DNA of 64,000 bases from a virus (lineage: Duplodnaviria > Caudoviricetes). How positions within the stretch are numbered: position 1 is the first letter of the stretch; each line of letters starts with the position of its first letter. The stretch is taken from positions 1 through 64,000 of the IMG/VR virus record IMGVR_UViG_3300020048_000009. One strand, given 5' to 3'. Made by a program: the position numbers and the translations under genes. Shown piece by piece: positions 1 through 11,020 of the stretch. A model generated the notes under the pieces. That model ran no database searches. It was not told where the DNA came from and worked only from the letters and a program-made list of their open reading frames with translations.

Positions 1-60
1 TTAAATATATATTTATATAAAAGAAAGAAAAAAGAAATATATAAAGAAAAAAGAAAGAAA

Positions 61-516
61 ATGGAAATAATAACAGAAACAGACATTTCAAGCAACCTTC
101 CAAAGAATATTAAATTTTCTAATAATATTTTACAGCATTATTGTACAGAGCTTATAGAAGATCTAGATATGTCTATCTTAAATCTTAAAGAAAAATCTCT
201 AAGAACTTCTGCTATTAGAAGTAAATGGTTAATTTATCTAATGAAAGAGAAAGAAAATCTAAAATTATTTAAAGAACGTAAAGAAACGTTAAAAACTTTA
301 TTACTTAAAAGTTCTGCTCAAGAAAATCCATCTATTCTTAGACAAAAAACAGAAGATAAAATTTTAGAAGGTAATAAAGATTTATTAGAAATTGATAAAG
401 CAATGGACATTTTAAAAGAAGTATTAGTATTTTTAGAGTATGCATGGAATATTCTATCTGATTTTAACTATAACGTAAAAAATGCAATAGAATATATTAA
501 ATTAGAACAGGTATAA
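61..516 (+). CDS. uvsY: UvsY-like recombination mediator
   Basis: 151 aa helical protein, stop/start overlap (TAATG) with the UvsW-like helicase as in T4-like phages; C-terminal ...F.YNVKNAIEY..L resembles UvsY. Confidence 0.55.
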   Translation: MEIITETDISSNLPKNIKFSNNILQHYCTELIEDLDMSILNLKEKSLRTSAIRSKWLIYLMKEKENLKLFKERKETLKTLLLKSSAQENPSILRQKTEDKILEGNKDLLEIDKAMDILKEVLVFLEYAWNILSDFNYNVKNAIEYIKLEQV

Positions 517-2102
517 TGGACAATAACTATGATATAAAATTATTTTATGATTCATCTGTTGATAAAATTAAAATAGATGTTAAGACTGCTTCTTTATTAG
601 AAGGTATTCGTAATGAATTTACTAGAGAAAATCCTGAAGCTTTTTTCATAGAACGTTATGGTCATAGAGTAGATCCAGTTGTATGTCCTATCAATATTTT
701 AGGATTTTTTCAAATAGGATTGTTTACTTTAATCTATAAAAAAATTAAAGAATTATATGTAGGCTTTAATGTTATAATTCAAAATCAACAGAAAATTATA
801 GATAAAATTTATCCGTTACTTAATATCTTAAATACTACCAATATTCTAGATAAATCTAATGTTATAAAATTAAGACCCTATCAAAAAGAAGCAGTAGCAA
901 AAATTCTTAAATCCGGTAGAGGTTTAATAGAATGTCCAACAGGTTCTGGTAAAAGTTTAATCATTGGTAATGTTACTCATAATTTATTATCTTCTCGATT
1001 AGGTTCTTTAATCGGATATGTTTTAATTTATGTACCAACTAGACAATTAGTAAATCAATTTTATAATGATTTATTAGAAATAGGTTTTACTAAAAAAGAA
1101 ATATGTAAATTTACTTCTAATGAAGGAAAAAAGAGAGATAATAATTTTGAAGACAATAGTTGTTCTAATGGTTTTAATAAAATAATTATTGCTAATAGAG
1201 ATTTTTTACTTGAGCATTCTAAAGAATTACCGAATATTTCGATTTTATTTGTAGATGAAGTACATAAAATAAAATATGATTCTAGTACTTACAATTTTGT
1301 CAAAGCTCAAAAAACAGATATTAAAATAGGTTTAACCGGTACACTTCCCAATGATGATTATAAATTATGGATGATTATGGGTTTATTCGGTAATGTTTTA
1401 TTTAGAGACACTATTATTTCATTACAAGAACAAGAATATTTAGCACCATTGAAAATCATATCCATTTCAATCCGAGACGCGTTCGTTGAAAATGACCGTG
1501 ATTGTCTATTCCATACCCGTTCTAATAAGAAATTTGACGAATCTGATACGTCTGACGACGCTCTAGCCTTTAACGCTGCTTATAACGCTGAAGCAGAATA
1601 TGTTATTAAGAACTTTTATAAGTTATATTCAAAACCTTTAGAATATATATGCGGTCAGAAAGAAAATAGAAATATTTTAATATTATTTGATAGAACAGAT
1701 TTAGGTATGGGTATTTATGAATATGCTAAAGCTAATATTAAAAATTTTCAATCCTTTTATATTGACGGTTCAATAGATATAAAAATAAGAGATAAGATAT
1801 GTTTAGATTTTGAACAGGGTGATAATAAATTATTATTTGCTCAGAGTACAACATTTTCTACAGGCATAAATATTAAAAATTTAGATGTTATTTCTTTCTT
1901 TTTTACAGGAAAGGGTTATACTAAAATAATTCAGTCTATTGGCAGAACTCTTAGATTACATAAAAATAAAGATTATGCCAAACTATATGACATATCTTTT
2001 AATTATAAATATTCACAGAAACATAAAGCCGATCGTTTTGATATTTATACGTCTATCTATGGAAAAGAAAATTATGATAGTGTAGAAACTATTTTAATTT
2101 AA
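516..2102 (+). CDS. uvsW: UvsW-like SF2 DNA helicase
   Basis: Q motif LRPYQ, Walker A PTGSGKS, DEVH, GLTGT, motif V STGINIKNL, motif VI QSIGRTLR. Confidence 0.88.
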   Translation: MDNNYDIKLFYDSSVDKIKIDVKTASLLEGIRNEFTRENPEAFFIERYGHRVDPVVCPINILGFFQIGLFTLIYKKIKELYVGFNVIIQNQQKIIDKIYPLLNILNTTNILDKSNVIKLRPYQKEAVAKILKSGRGLIECPTGSGKSLIIGNVTHNLLSSRLGSLIGYVLIYVPTRQLVNQFYNDLLEIGFTKKEICKFTSNEGKKRDNNFEDNSCSNGFNKIIIANRDFLLEHSKELPNISILFVDEVHKIKYDSSTYNFVKAQKTDIKIGLTGTLPNDDYKLWMIMGLFGNVLFRDTIISLQEQEYLAPLKIISISIRDAFVENDRDCLFHTRSNKKFDESDTSDDALAFNAAYNAEAEYVIKNFYKLYSKPLEYICGQKENRNILILFDRTDLGMGIYEYAKANIKNFQSFYIDGSIDIKIRDKICLDFEQGDNKLLFAQSTTFSTGINIKNLDVISFFFTGKGYTKIIQSIGRTLRLHKNKDYAKLYDISFNYKYSQKHKADRFDIYTSIYGKENYDSVETILI

Positions 2103-3218
2103 TTAAAAATATTCTTCAACACTTTTTATATATTCTTTTATTTCAGGCGAATATTTCCATTTATGTGTTAACATATAATTAGTTCTAGCATGAATGTCTG
2201 CGCCTTTTTCTACTAGATATTTTACTATTTCAACATGTCCATAATAAGCCGCGGAAAGTAATGGATCGTCTTCATTAGAATGAATATTCGCTCCTTTTTC
2301 TAACAGATATTTTACTATTTCTAAATATCCATTTATGCATGCATTTTTTAATGCTATATCTTCTTCAGCGTGGACGTCAACACCTTTTTCTATTAAATAT
2401 TTTACTATATTTAAATGTCCATAAAAAGTTGCATATTTTAGAGGCGCATCATCGTCATAGTGAATATTTGCACCGTTTTCTATAGCAGTTTTAACTTTTT
2501 TAAAATTATTATATTGTATGTCATTTAATAATTCAGATGTTAGTTCATATGTTTTATATTCTTTAGTATTAATATCAAAAGCATAACATTCCATAGACGA
2601 TTTAAAGAAATCAAAAGTATTAATTTCATCATTATCTTCTATTAAATCATCTATTTGGTTCCAACATTCAAAAGCACCATATTCATCTACTAAAATGGCC
2701 ACTTTATCTAAAACATCATTTTGTTTTTGTTTTCGTATTAGAAAATATACTCTATTATTTCCTTCATAATAATATGTGTACCAATAATCAATATTATCAG
2801 TACTTATACACCAATCTGTTGAATATCCTTTATAAAATCTTCCTAATTCCTTAGCGGCTTCATGTGAATCTACTTGCCATAGCTCATATTCAGCATTTTC
2901 ATTAATTTTTACACCTTTACCATCTTTAGTGGTTTGTGCTTTATATTTTTGATGTGTTTTCTTTTCCGTATTAGATTTATAAGTTTCTATAAAATCTTTA
3001 AATTCTTGAAAATGTTTTTTAAGCCAGAAATTTATATCATTTTGTGGTGGCGTTAATTTAACTCTTAAAACATTAATATATTGATCTAAATATTTTTTTA
3101 AATCTTCTTCTGATGTAGTTGCCCATGTTTTTTTAGCTTGACTTAATATTTTAGCAGAAACATCTTCTAAAATTATTTTATTATATGCTTCACATATTGG
3201 TATATTGTAGTATTTCAT
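2103..3218 (-). CDS. Ankyrin-repeat protein with N-terminal DIxxW/WC module
   Basis: C-terminal repeats A..GHL.IVKYL.EKGAD.H; N-terminal half paralogous to 12791..13921. Confidence 0.85.
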   Translation of the reverse strand: MKYYNIPICEAYNKIILEDVSAKILSQAKKTWATTSEEDLKKYLDQYINVLRVKLTPPQNDINFWLKKHFQEFKDFIETYKSNTEKKTHQKYKAQTTKDGKGVKINENAEYELWQVDSHEAAKELGRFYKGYSTDWCISTDNIDYWYTYYYEGNNRVYFLIRKQKQNDVLDKVAILVDEYGAFECWNQIDDLIEDNDEINTFDFFKSSMECYAFDINTKEYKTYELTSELLNDIQYNNFKKVKTAIENGANIHYDDDAPLKYATFYGHLNIVKYLIEKGVDVHAEEDIALKNACINGYLEIVKYLLEKGANIHSNEDDPLLSAAYYGHVEIVKYLVEKGADIHARTNYMLTHKWKYSPEIKEYIKSVEEYF

Positions 3219-3222
3219 ATTT

Positions 3223-3822
3223 TTAATCTATATAATCACTGGATGCATTTAGGAATGATGCAAAATCTTTATAATGTGGACTAAATCGTTTTAATAAATC
3301 CCAAAACTCAGGAGTATGTGTGCCATTTTTATTTCCAAGTTTAGCATGACATAACTCATGTATGACAATATATTCTATTAATGGCTTTAAATGTTCTGTT
3401 AATTTTTGATTGAAATTTAAAATAAAAGTATCAGATTCTTCATCTACTTTACATGAAGCTAATGCCTTTTCATTGTTATTAATTAAAGGTTTAATGTTTA
3501 TAGATTCTAAATAATATGGAATACTTATTAGCGCCATATATTTTGTACATGTCGGCTTTATAACATAATCTTTTAGATATTTTATTTTAAGACTTTCTAT
3601 AATATTATTTATATTCTTTTCATCGGCCTTATTTTTTATATAAATAATTAGAGTTTTAGTCGTTGGAACTACAGCGGAAGCCCCTGTTCCGTTTTTTATT
3701 TCTACTTTAAACTTGATACCACAGATATATACGCCATTTTTAATCAAATTATCAATAGTTGTATTTCTATTAAGATTGCTCGTATATTCTAATAATAAAG
3801 TATATTTTTTTAGATTTATCAT
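3223..3822 (-). CDS. Zinc metallopeptidase-like protein (YgjP/SprT-like)
   Basis: HExxH motif IVIHELCHAK followed by HTPEFWDLL, as in YgjP/DUF45-type proteins. Confidence 0.7.
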   Translation of the reverse strand: MINLKKYTLLLEYTSNLNRNTTIDNLIKNGVYICGIKFKVEIKNGTGASAVVPTTKTLIIYIKNKADEKNINNIIESLKIKYLKDYVIKPTCTKYMALISIPYYLESINIKPLINNNEKALASCKVDEESDTFILNFNQKLTEHLKPLIEYIVIHELCHAKLGNKNGTHTPEFWDLLKRFSPHYKDFASFLNASSDYID

Positions 3823-3881
3823 ATTATTTTTATTTATTCAAAAAGATAATAAATAAAAATAACAATTAAGGATTTTTATCA

Positions 3882-5414
3882 ATGTCAGTTTATACACCCG
3901 AGGAATTACGTTATATAAAGAACGAAGCACTTGTACAGGAACGTGCATTAATGGCTAATTATTATAAAGATTTAATAGATAGTTATGGTGTAGATATAAT
4001 ATATATTAAAAGAGATCAGTTTTTTGAAACTTCTGGGATTAATTCTGATATTATTTATGGTCACCAGCAATCTCCTAAATATTCATTAAGTTCTAATATG
4101 ATTTCCTTTATGGAAGTTGATAACGCTATTATGAGTATTTTGGATATTGGCAATACTCCTGTTGATGAGGTAACTTTTTATTTTGGTTTAACTGATTTTG
4201 CTGTACGTTTTAGTAATGAATTATCTCAGTTTAAAGAATATCCTATTGATATAATCGTTGGTGATTGTAGATTAACGAAAACTGTACTATCTGGACATTT
4301 TACATCAGATGTAGTTTCTGGTAATTATTTATATAATATTTCTGGAACTATTCCTGCTAGCGGTATTACCAGTGAAGTTTCAGCAGTTATACCGGTGGAA
4401 AATATACCAAAGTTAGATATTGCTGCAAATCCCTATATATATCAATCATTTGTTTCTACGATTCAGGGTGGATATGTATTACCGAGAGTAATGATTAATA
4501 TTAGTAAAAAACCCTGCAAATATGAATATACTCTAAGTGGCGGTATTTTATACTCATCCTTGGAACTTGCTTCTAAATTTTCTAATAAAATTAAACCTAT
4601 TCCAGGTGATGTTATTAGAATCGATTTTCCAAATGTTGATTTATATGTTGGACAATGTGAAGAGTACGAAATAACGGAAGTTGTTGACCGTAAACCAACA
4701 TCATCTGATGGAATTAACCCATTATTAGGCCGATATATATGGAAATGTAAAACTAAACGCAGAATTCCTTCATATGAAAAACTTAATGGCCAAGATTTTT
4801 CAGAACAAGCATCACAACATCAAGAAGACTTATTATCAAAAGAACAACATAATATTAATAGTACGTTTAAAGACATATTTAATTATTCTGAAGTTAGTAA
4901 AGACAATATTTATGGTGGATATGACCAATCTACTTTAACAACATTAGATCCCGATATTGATGCGATAACACCAATAATTGATGGAATGTCTACATATTAT
5001 AAGATATTTGATTTTAAAAATGGCGTTTCTTTAGAAACGGATGGACAAGATTTGTTTAAAGTTATTAATGGAACTGGTACAAATTTAACTAATAATATTA
5101 CCAATAACACGTATGCAGAAAATCAAATATTTAATTGGAATGTTCCTGAAGGTGATTATTTAAAAATAATGAATGGCCAAGTTTACTTTGTAACAAGTAT
5201 TTATAAAGTAAATAGTTTATATGCACAAAATTTATTAACTCCTACTATAACACCTAATGAATTTATAAATACCACATCATTTGATAAATTTATTAAAGAA
5301 AGACAACAACGGGGCTTATTGTTCTATACCTTTAAAGATTTTAAATATGCTCTATATAGCACAGGTAATAATATATATGTGCTTCAACCAAATGGAACAC
5401 CAACATTAATATAA
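3882..5414 (+). CDS. Neck protein, T4 gp14-like N-terminal domain with C-terminal extension
   Basis: E..LM..YY.DLI..YGVDIIYI.R start, later GDVIRIDF and Y.W.C.....S.E as in gp14-type head-tail connectors. Confidence 0.6.
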   Translation: MSVYTPEELRYIKNEALVQERALMANYYKDLIDSYGVDIIYIKRDQFFETSGINSDIIYGHQQSPKYSLSSNMISFMEVDNAIMSILDIGNTPVDEVTFYFGLTDFAVRFSNELSQFKEYPIDIIVGDCRLTKTVLSGHFTSDVVSGNYLYNISGTIPASGITSEVSAVIPVENIPKLDIAANPYIYQSFVSTIQGGYVLPRVMINISKKPCKYEYTLSGGILYSSLELASKFSNKIKPIPGDVIRIDFPNVDLYVGQCEEYEITEVVDRKPTSSDGINPLLGRYIWKCKTKRRIPSYEKLNGQDFSEQASQHQEDLLSKEQHNINSTFKDIFNYSEVSKDNIYGGYDQSTLTTLDPDIDAITPIIDGMSTYYKIFDFKNGVSLETDGQDLFKVINGTGTNLTNNITNNTYAENQIFNWNVPEGDYLKIMNGQVYFVTSIYKVNSLYAQNLLTPTITPNEFINTTSFDKFIKERQQRGLLFYTFKDFKYALYSTGNNIYVLQPNGTPTLI

Positions 5415-5420
5415 AATAAA

Positions 5421-5446
5421 AAACCTAAGAATTTCTTCTTAGGTTT
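5421..5446. terminator. Bidirectional intrinsic terminator
   Basis: AAACCTAAGAA-TTTC-TTCTTAGGTTT hairpin between convergent genes. Confidence 0.8.
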
Positions 5447-5468
5447 AATTTTATATATTTTTGATTCT

Positions 5469-6413
5469 TTATTTTATTACAGTCTTTTTATATTTAGGCT
5501 TAAATGTTACAGGTTTTTGTTCTTTAGGTCTTTTAATACTTAATCTTACTGGACATAAACGTTTTTTAAATGTAATTGGTCTAGTTTTTTGTATTTTTTT
5601 AGGTTTTAATGTTACATCTTTAACTTGGATAGATTCATTTGTAGATTCAGTGGATATATCATTATGTGTTCCATCTAATTCTTCAAGTTCTTGATTTGAA
5701 GGGTCAGTGCCATTTAAGTCATCGGTATCAAGATCACCACTGTCATCTAAATCTGTAGGAGCTGGAGTATCATTTAACTCTGATAAATCAGGATTTTCTA
5801 CTTGTCCACCTTCTTCAGTTGCACCGGCTGTAGTAAGAATATCTATAATGTCTTGATTTCCAACAGCTTTCGCATCACCAAGTGGTGTATTTCCCGTTTT
5901 ACTTGCAATATTTACATCTGCACCTGCTTGAATTAAATCATCTATTACGTATGCATTAGCTGCTTCTGAGTTAACTGCATATAATAAAGCAGTACTGCCT
6001 AATTTATTTTGTTTATTTACATCAGCACCCTTGCTTATTAAGAATTTAACAACATTTCTAGCATTTCCATTATCGGCTGCTGTCATTAAAGGTGTATCGC
6101 CTAGTTTATCAACCGTATTAATATCAGCGCCTGCATCAACTGCGGCTTTAACCTTTTCTAAATCTGTTGAAAATATATCTTGTCCAAGGTCTTCTTCTGT
6201 TATAACTTTTTTATTAAGCATAGCAATATAAGCATCCTGTACTGATAAAATATTGTCAAAACTTATATATTTTCTATTAAGTTCAAAAGCTTCAGTAACA
6301 GGTTGTGCTTTTTTTGTAATAGGTTTAGCTGCTACAGTTTTCTTAGGAGCCGCTGTTTTATTCATCATATTACGATAAGCAGTCTGTATATCATATGTTC
6401 CTAGTAAATCCAT
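5469..6413 (-). CDS. Ankyrin-repeat protein with acidic and basic low-complexity tail
   Basis: GDTPLMTAA, GSTALLYAV, GNTPL, GADVN ankyrin motifs. Confidence 0.85.
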   Translation of the reverse strand: MDLLGTYDIQTAYRNMMNKTAAPKKTVAAKPITKKAQPVTEAFELNRKYISFDNILSVQDAYIAMLNKKVITEEDLGQDIFSTDLEKVKAAVDAGADINTVDKLGDTPLMTAADNGNARNVVKFLISKGADVNKQNKLGSTALLYAVNSEAANAYVIDDLIQAGADVNIASKTGNTPLGDAKAVGNQDIIDILTTAGATEEGGQVENPDLSELNDTPAPTDLDDSGDLDTDDLNGTDPSNQELEELDGTHNDISTESTNESIQVKDVTLKPKKIQKTRPITFKKRLCPVRLSIKRPKEQKPVTFKPKYKKTVIK

Positions 6414-6512
6414 TTTAATAGTCCTTTTATTATTCTAATTTATTTTATTTATTGAAAAGTTTATAAATTTATTTATATTTATTCATTATAAAAACAGGTA
6501 TAATTATATAAT

Positions 6513-7781
6513 ATGAATAGATATACCATAAAATCTCCTATTATATTTCATTTGACTGATATACATTTTGGCATTAAGGCTGATTCTGAAACTCGTATAA
6601 ATATTGGAATTCAATCAATTAATGAAGCAATTAGTATTAAAGAAAAATTAAAAATCAAAACCTTTATCTTTGAAGGTGATTTATTTGACAATAGATCTAA
6701 AATTGATATTAAGACCTTTAATGTTGCAATTGATTGTATAACTAGATTAGCAGAAAATGCAGAAGTTTTCCTAATTGTCGGTAACCATGATACATATCAT
6801 AAGTCCAATATTGAAATACATTCTATAAAAATATTTAATAATTTACCAAATGTCCATATTATAGATAGCTTATCAGAAATTGTTTATAATAACTATAAAA
6901 TATTACTCGTACCATGGGGACAATCCTTAGATAATGTTGATAATGAAGCATATGATTCTATTTGTGGACATTTTCATGTATCGTCTAAATATCTTATCGC
7001 ATCTTATATTGAAGAACAAAATAATGAAACTTTTGAAAATAAGAATGAAGACATATTAGCAGGATTATTAAAGTCTAATTTTGATACATATATTGATAAT
7101 AAAGAAGATATGTTTAAAGATGATGATATTAAAGATGTTATCACTCATAAAGCTGAAAGTAAATCAGGAGCATATCTTGGTAACTATATCGATAAATGTA
7201 AGAAAGATGGTTATATTTTCTCTGGTCATTTTCATATGAGAAAAGAATTTATTGTAAAAGACCGTAATTTTATCTTTATTGGTTCTCCCTTTGAACAGAC
7301 TATTGCTGATATTAACAAACAATTTGGTTTCTATTTACAAGATGTTCAGAATAATAAAATAAAATTTATAGAAAATAAAAAAGCACCTAAACATAAAATT
7401 CTTAAAGTTTCTGATTTTCAGGGCGAAGAATTAAATATGAAGGATTTTGAGGATATAATAAAAGGTAATATCGTTAAATTGATAATTGATGTTAAAATTG
7501 ATTATAATAAACAGAATGATATTAATACTTTGATTAAGGTATGTTGTCCATTAGAAATTTTAGCGCCCGATTATATTATACCTTTAGATAATAATTTAGT
7601 ATTGGATATTGATGCTTCTAATATTACAGGTAAAACACAAAAAGCATATATTATTGATTACATAAGTCATTTAACAGAAGAAGAATTAACAAATAATAAA
7701 CTTGACAGAGAAGATATTTTAAAAATAACAAATACCTATTACAATGAAGCTCAGAAAATTTTAGATAAGGAAAATCAATAA
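6513..7781 (+). CDS. Recombination nuclease subunit, gp47/SbcD/Mre11-like metallophosphoesterase
   Basis: TDIHFG, GDLFD, GNHD, GHFH motifs; coupled to the gp46-like gene. Confidence 0.9.
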   Translation: MNRYTIKSPIIFHLTDIHFGIKADSETRINIGIQSINEAISIKEKLKIKTFIFEGDLFDNRSKIDIKTFNVAIDCITRLAENAEVFLIVGNHDTYHKSNIEIHSIKIFNNLPNVHIIDSLSEIVYNNYKILLVPWGQSLDNVDNEAYDSICGHFHVSSKYLIASYIEEQNNETFENKNEDILAGLLKSNFDTYIDNKEDMFKDDDIKDVITHKAESKSGAYLGNYIDKCKKDGYIFSGHFHMRKEFIVKDRNFIFIGSPFEQTIADINKQFGFYLQDVQNNKIKFIENKKAPKHKILKVSDFQGEELNMKDFEDIIKGNIVKLIIDVKIDYNKQNDINTLIKVCCPLEILAPDYIIPLDNNLVLDIDASNITGKTQKAYIIDYISHLTEEELTNNKLDREDILKITNTYYNEAQKILDKENQ

Positions 7782-9730
7782 TGCAATTAATTTTTAACAA
7801 TATAATAATAAAAAACTTTTTATCTATTGAAAAAGAAACCTTTGATTATTCTAAATATAGTGGTATAAATCTTATTTGTGGTGTTAACGCGGACTTACCC
7901 GATGTAAAAAATGGAGCAGGTAAAAGTACATTATTTTATGCTTTAATTTATGTGTTATTCGGTAAGCTTATTAATGATTTACCTAATGAAAAAATTCCTA
8001 ATAGATATATTTCACCAAAAGAAAAAACAGAAATTATATTAGAACTTATAGCCGACGGCGTTAAATATAAAATCATTAGAGGTTTAACAGGTGTTAAAAA
8101 TAAATCTACATTTTTAAATGTTTATAAGTTCAATTCTGAAACTAATGAATACGATGAAGCTAATAATATAACAAAGTCATCTATTTCAGAAACACAGAAA
8201 TATATTGAACGTTATATTATTAAGTGTAATATAAAAATATTTTTAAGATCAATTCTTTTAACTTCAGATAATGCTTATAACTTTTTTAAATTAGAGAAAA
8301 AAGAAAAGAATGAATTTATTGAACATTTATTTGACCTTAAAATCTTTGGTACTATGTTTGAATTATTACATAAAGAAGTTTTAAAGATGGATAAAGAATT
8401 ATTCGGGTATATATCGGAAGCAAAGGTTTTAGAAGATAATATAAGTTCTATAAAAAGTAGATCGCAGTCTTTTGAGCTAGATATACAGAATAAAAAAGAT
8501 TTATACAGTAAAAAAATAGAAGAATTACAAACTTCTATTGATAATTTTAAACCATTAGAATTAACAACTGACACCCAAATAAAAGCTATTGACGAAGCCT
8601 TAATAAAAGAATTAAAAGATAAAATAGAAAAAATAAATTCTGAAAATGCTGAAATTTTTAAAAATAATGAAAAGAATTCTAAAAATTTAGACCTTCTTAA
8701 AACAAAATATCATGAATTAGATTCAAATATTGCTAAAGAAAATACCAATATTATATTTAATAATAAAGCAATAGAAAAACATAAAGAGACTTTAACATTA
8801 CTTTGTGCCGAATGTAACGATAAATTTGATAAAAAATATAATCTATCTATTTTAAGAAATGAAATAGAACAATCAACAGAAAGTATTAAAAAATTAGAAG
8901 TTGAAAAAATAAAATATAAAACCGGAATAGATAAGTTACAACAAATTATTAACACTGGTCATGAAAGTTGGATGGTATCACAGCCGACTTTAAAATCTTT
9001 ATCATGCCAGATTAAAGATATAGAGCGTGCACAAGAAGAAGAAATACGGAAACAAAAAGAAAATTCTAAAAAAATAGAAGAATATAATAAGAAGGTTGAT
9101 GTTCTTAAAGTCGAATTGATACAAAATAAAACAAAATTAGAAGAACTTTCTAAAACGGTTAATCCTTTTATTTCTAGCGGAACTGAAAGTTCTGAAAAAC
9201 TTTGTAATAAAATAAAACAAGTTAATGATATTACAAGTGTTATAAATCATTATAAATATATAGAAAAAATATTAGCTCCTAATTGTATTAAAAAGATTAT
9301 TATTAAAGATTTAATTAATAGTTTAAATAATAGAATTCAATATTATATGAGTAAAATAGGTTCTAACTTTACATGTATCTTTGATGAAGAATTAAATTAC
9401 ACGTTTATTACAGCTTCAGGTGAAGCAGATTATAATAACTTTTCTACTGGTGAACGTATGAGATTATCTATTGCAACAGGCTTTGCTTTTAGAGATTTTA
9501 TGTCTATTCGTAGTAATTTAACATCAAATGTTTTAATTTTAGATGAATTTATTGACGGGGGATTATGTTCTGGAGCTATTACAGGCTTAATGGAAATACT
9601 TAAAGAATTTAGTATAATTAATAAAACTAATGTATTTATAATTTCTCATAGAAAAGAAATAGCAATTAACAATACGTTTAATAACATAATAACAGTACAA
9701 AAAACAAATGGAATTAGTACAATTATTTAA
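7781..9730 (+). CDS. Recombination ATPase subunit, gp46/SbcC/Rad50-like
   Basis: Walker A NGAGKST, coiled coil with CAEC zinc hook, signature FSTGE, Walker B LILDE, ISH. Confidence 0.9.
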   Translation: MQLIFNNIIIKNFLSIEKETFDYSKYSGINLICGVNADLPDVKNGAGKSTLFYALIYVLFGKLINDLPNEKIPNRYISPKEKTEIILELIADGVKYKIIRGLTGVKNKSTFLNVYKFNSETNEYDEANNITKSSISETQKYIERYIIKCNIKIFLRSILLTSDNAYNFFKLEKKEKNEFIEHLFDLKIFGTMFELLHKEVLKMDKELFGYISEAKVLEDNISSIKSRSQSFELDIQNKKDLYSKKIEELQTSIDNFKPLELTTDTQIKAIDEALIKELKDKIEKINSENAEIFKNNEKNSKNLDLLKTKYHELDSNIAKENTNIIFNNKAIEKHKETLTLLCAECNDKFDKKYNLSILRNEIEQSTESIKKLEVEKIKYKTGIDKLQQIINTGHESWMVSQPTLKSLSCQIKDIERAQEEEIRKQKENSKKIEEYNKKVDVLKVELIQNKTKLEELSKTVNPFISSGTESSEKLCNKIKQVNDITSVINHYKYIEKILAPNCIKKIIIKDLINSLNNRIQYYMSKIGSNFTCIFDEELNYTFITASGEADYNNFSTGERMRLSIATGFAFRDFMSIRSNLTSNVLILDEFIDGGLCSGAITGLMEILKEFSIINKTNVFIISHRKEIAINNTFNNIITVQKTNGISTII

Positions 9731-9746
9731 AAGAATAGGAAGACTT

Positions 9747-10283
9747 ATGAGAAAATTTAATATTTATAATATTACACAGAAGAGAAATGAAAACGGTGTA
9801 TGTGCCTCATCACCACAAGAACTAATAGGTTTATATGAAATGAGTGATGAAAAAATACGAATATTAGCAGAAGTCCCAAATACCGGGGATGTGGAAACTA
9901 TACCTATTGTGGAAAAAAATGATGATGGATCACTTACTATTATTGATGTTGTACCTGTTGCTGCTACAGGACCCGTTCCCGTGCCAGAACATGCTCAATT
10001 TATAACATCACAACAACCACTAGATCTTAAAACAGGTTTACCGTTAGAAGTTAAACCACCATCAATAGCTAGTATATTTGAAACACCTGTAGCTTCATCA
10101 CCAAAATTCTTTACAGATAATGGAACTGAATATAAGACAGTAGAAGGTCATTTATATAAAAAGACGTGGGTAAATGTCAATATGGATTATTATCGTATTG
10201 TAAATGATAAAACAAATAAGATTGTTAATTTAGTAGGTAAGACTGTTCAAACTCTTGATTGGGTTGAAATTAAAGGTGGATAA
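9747..10283 (+). CDS. Hypothetical protein
   Basis: Open frame; start moved to the ATG after an AGGA RBS. Confidence 0.6.
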   Translation: MRKFNIYNITQKRNENGVCASSPQELIGLYEMSDEKIRILAEVPNTGDVETIPIVEKNDDGSLTIIDVVPVAATGPVPVPEHAQFITSQQPLDLKTGLPLEVKPPSIASIFETPVASSPKFFTDNGTEYKTVEGHLYKKTWVNVNMDYYRIVNDKTNKIVNLVGKTVQTLDWVEIKGG

Positions 10284-10284
10284 T

Positions 10285-11013
10285 ATGGTGGATAATATAT
10301 TAGTACCCTCATTTACTTTTGTGTCTGCCTCTCCAACATTTACTTTTATGTGGCAGAAAAATATTCATAATCTTTTAATAACAGAACATAGAAAGTCTCC
10401 AATTAAAAATGAATGGTATGTTAAATATGATCTGTATTGTAATAATAAAGAAGGATTATCAAAAATATATAATCGGGCATTTGAAAAGGCAGACACTGAT
10501 TATGTTATCTGTTTACATGATGATATAGTTATTCATGATATTGAAATATTTGAAAAAATTATTAAATATTCTACTCAATATGATGTTATGGGTTTGGCTG
10601 GTTCATCTTCATTTAATATTAATATTGCTGATAGAAAATCTTGGATGCAATGTTCTATGGATAAACAACGTCATTTACATGGTTCTGTAACGCATGATAT
10701 ACCTGGATATGTAGGGTTTTATAATACTTCCACGTATGGATATATGCCTGCTCCAGTTTGTAATATAGATGGTTTATTTATGGTAATGAAAAAAGATGTC
10801 TATAAAAATGTTAAATTTGATGAACAATTCACTTTTGACTTTTATGATTTAGATTATAGTTTAGCTGCATTAGTTGCTAACTTTAAATTAGGTGTTATAC
10901 CACTACCATGTACACATAAATCTGGTGGTTACGGTATTATGGAAGATAAATATTTGACAGCACAAGCACTTTTTGTTGAAAAGTGGAAAAATCTTTGCGT
11001 TCAAACGGTATAA
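10285..11013 (+). CDS. GT2-like glycosyltransferase
   Basis: LSKIYN, CLHDD, DGLFM, FDFYDLD motifs typical of small GT-A fold phage enzymes. Confidence 0.75.
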   Translation: MVDNILVPSFTFVSASPTFTFMWQKNIHNLLITEHRKSPIKNEWYVKYDLYCNNKEGLSKIYNRAFEKADTDYVICLHDDIVIHDIEIFEKIIKYSTQYDVMGLAGSSSFNINIADRKSWMQCSMDKQRHLHGSVTHDIPGYVGFYNTSTYGYMPAPVCNIDGLFMVMKKDVYKNVKFDEQFTFDFYDLDYSLAALVANFKLGVIPLPCTHKSGGYGIMEDKYLTAQALFVEKWKNLCVQTV

Positions 11014-11020
11014 TTAATAC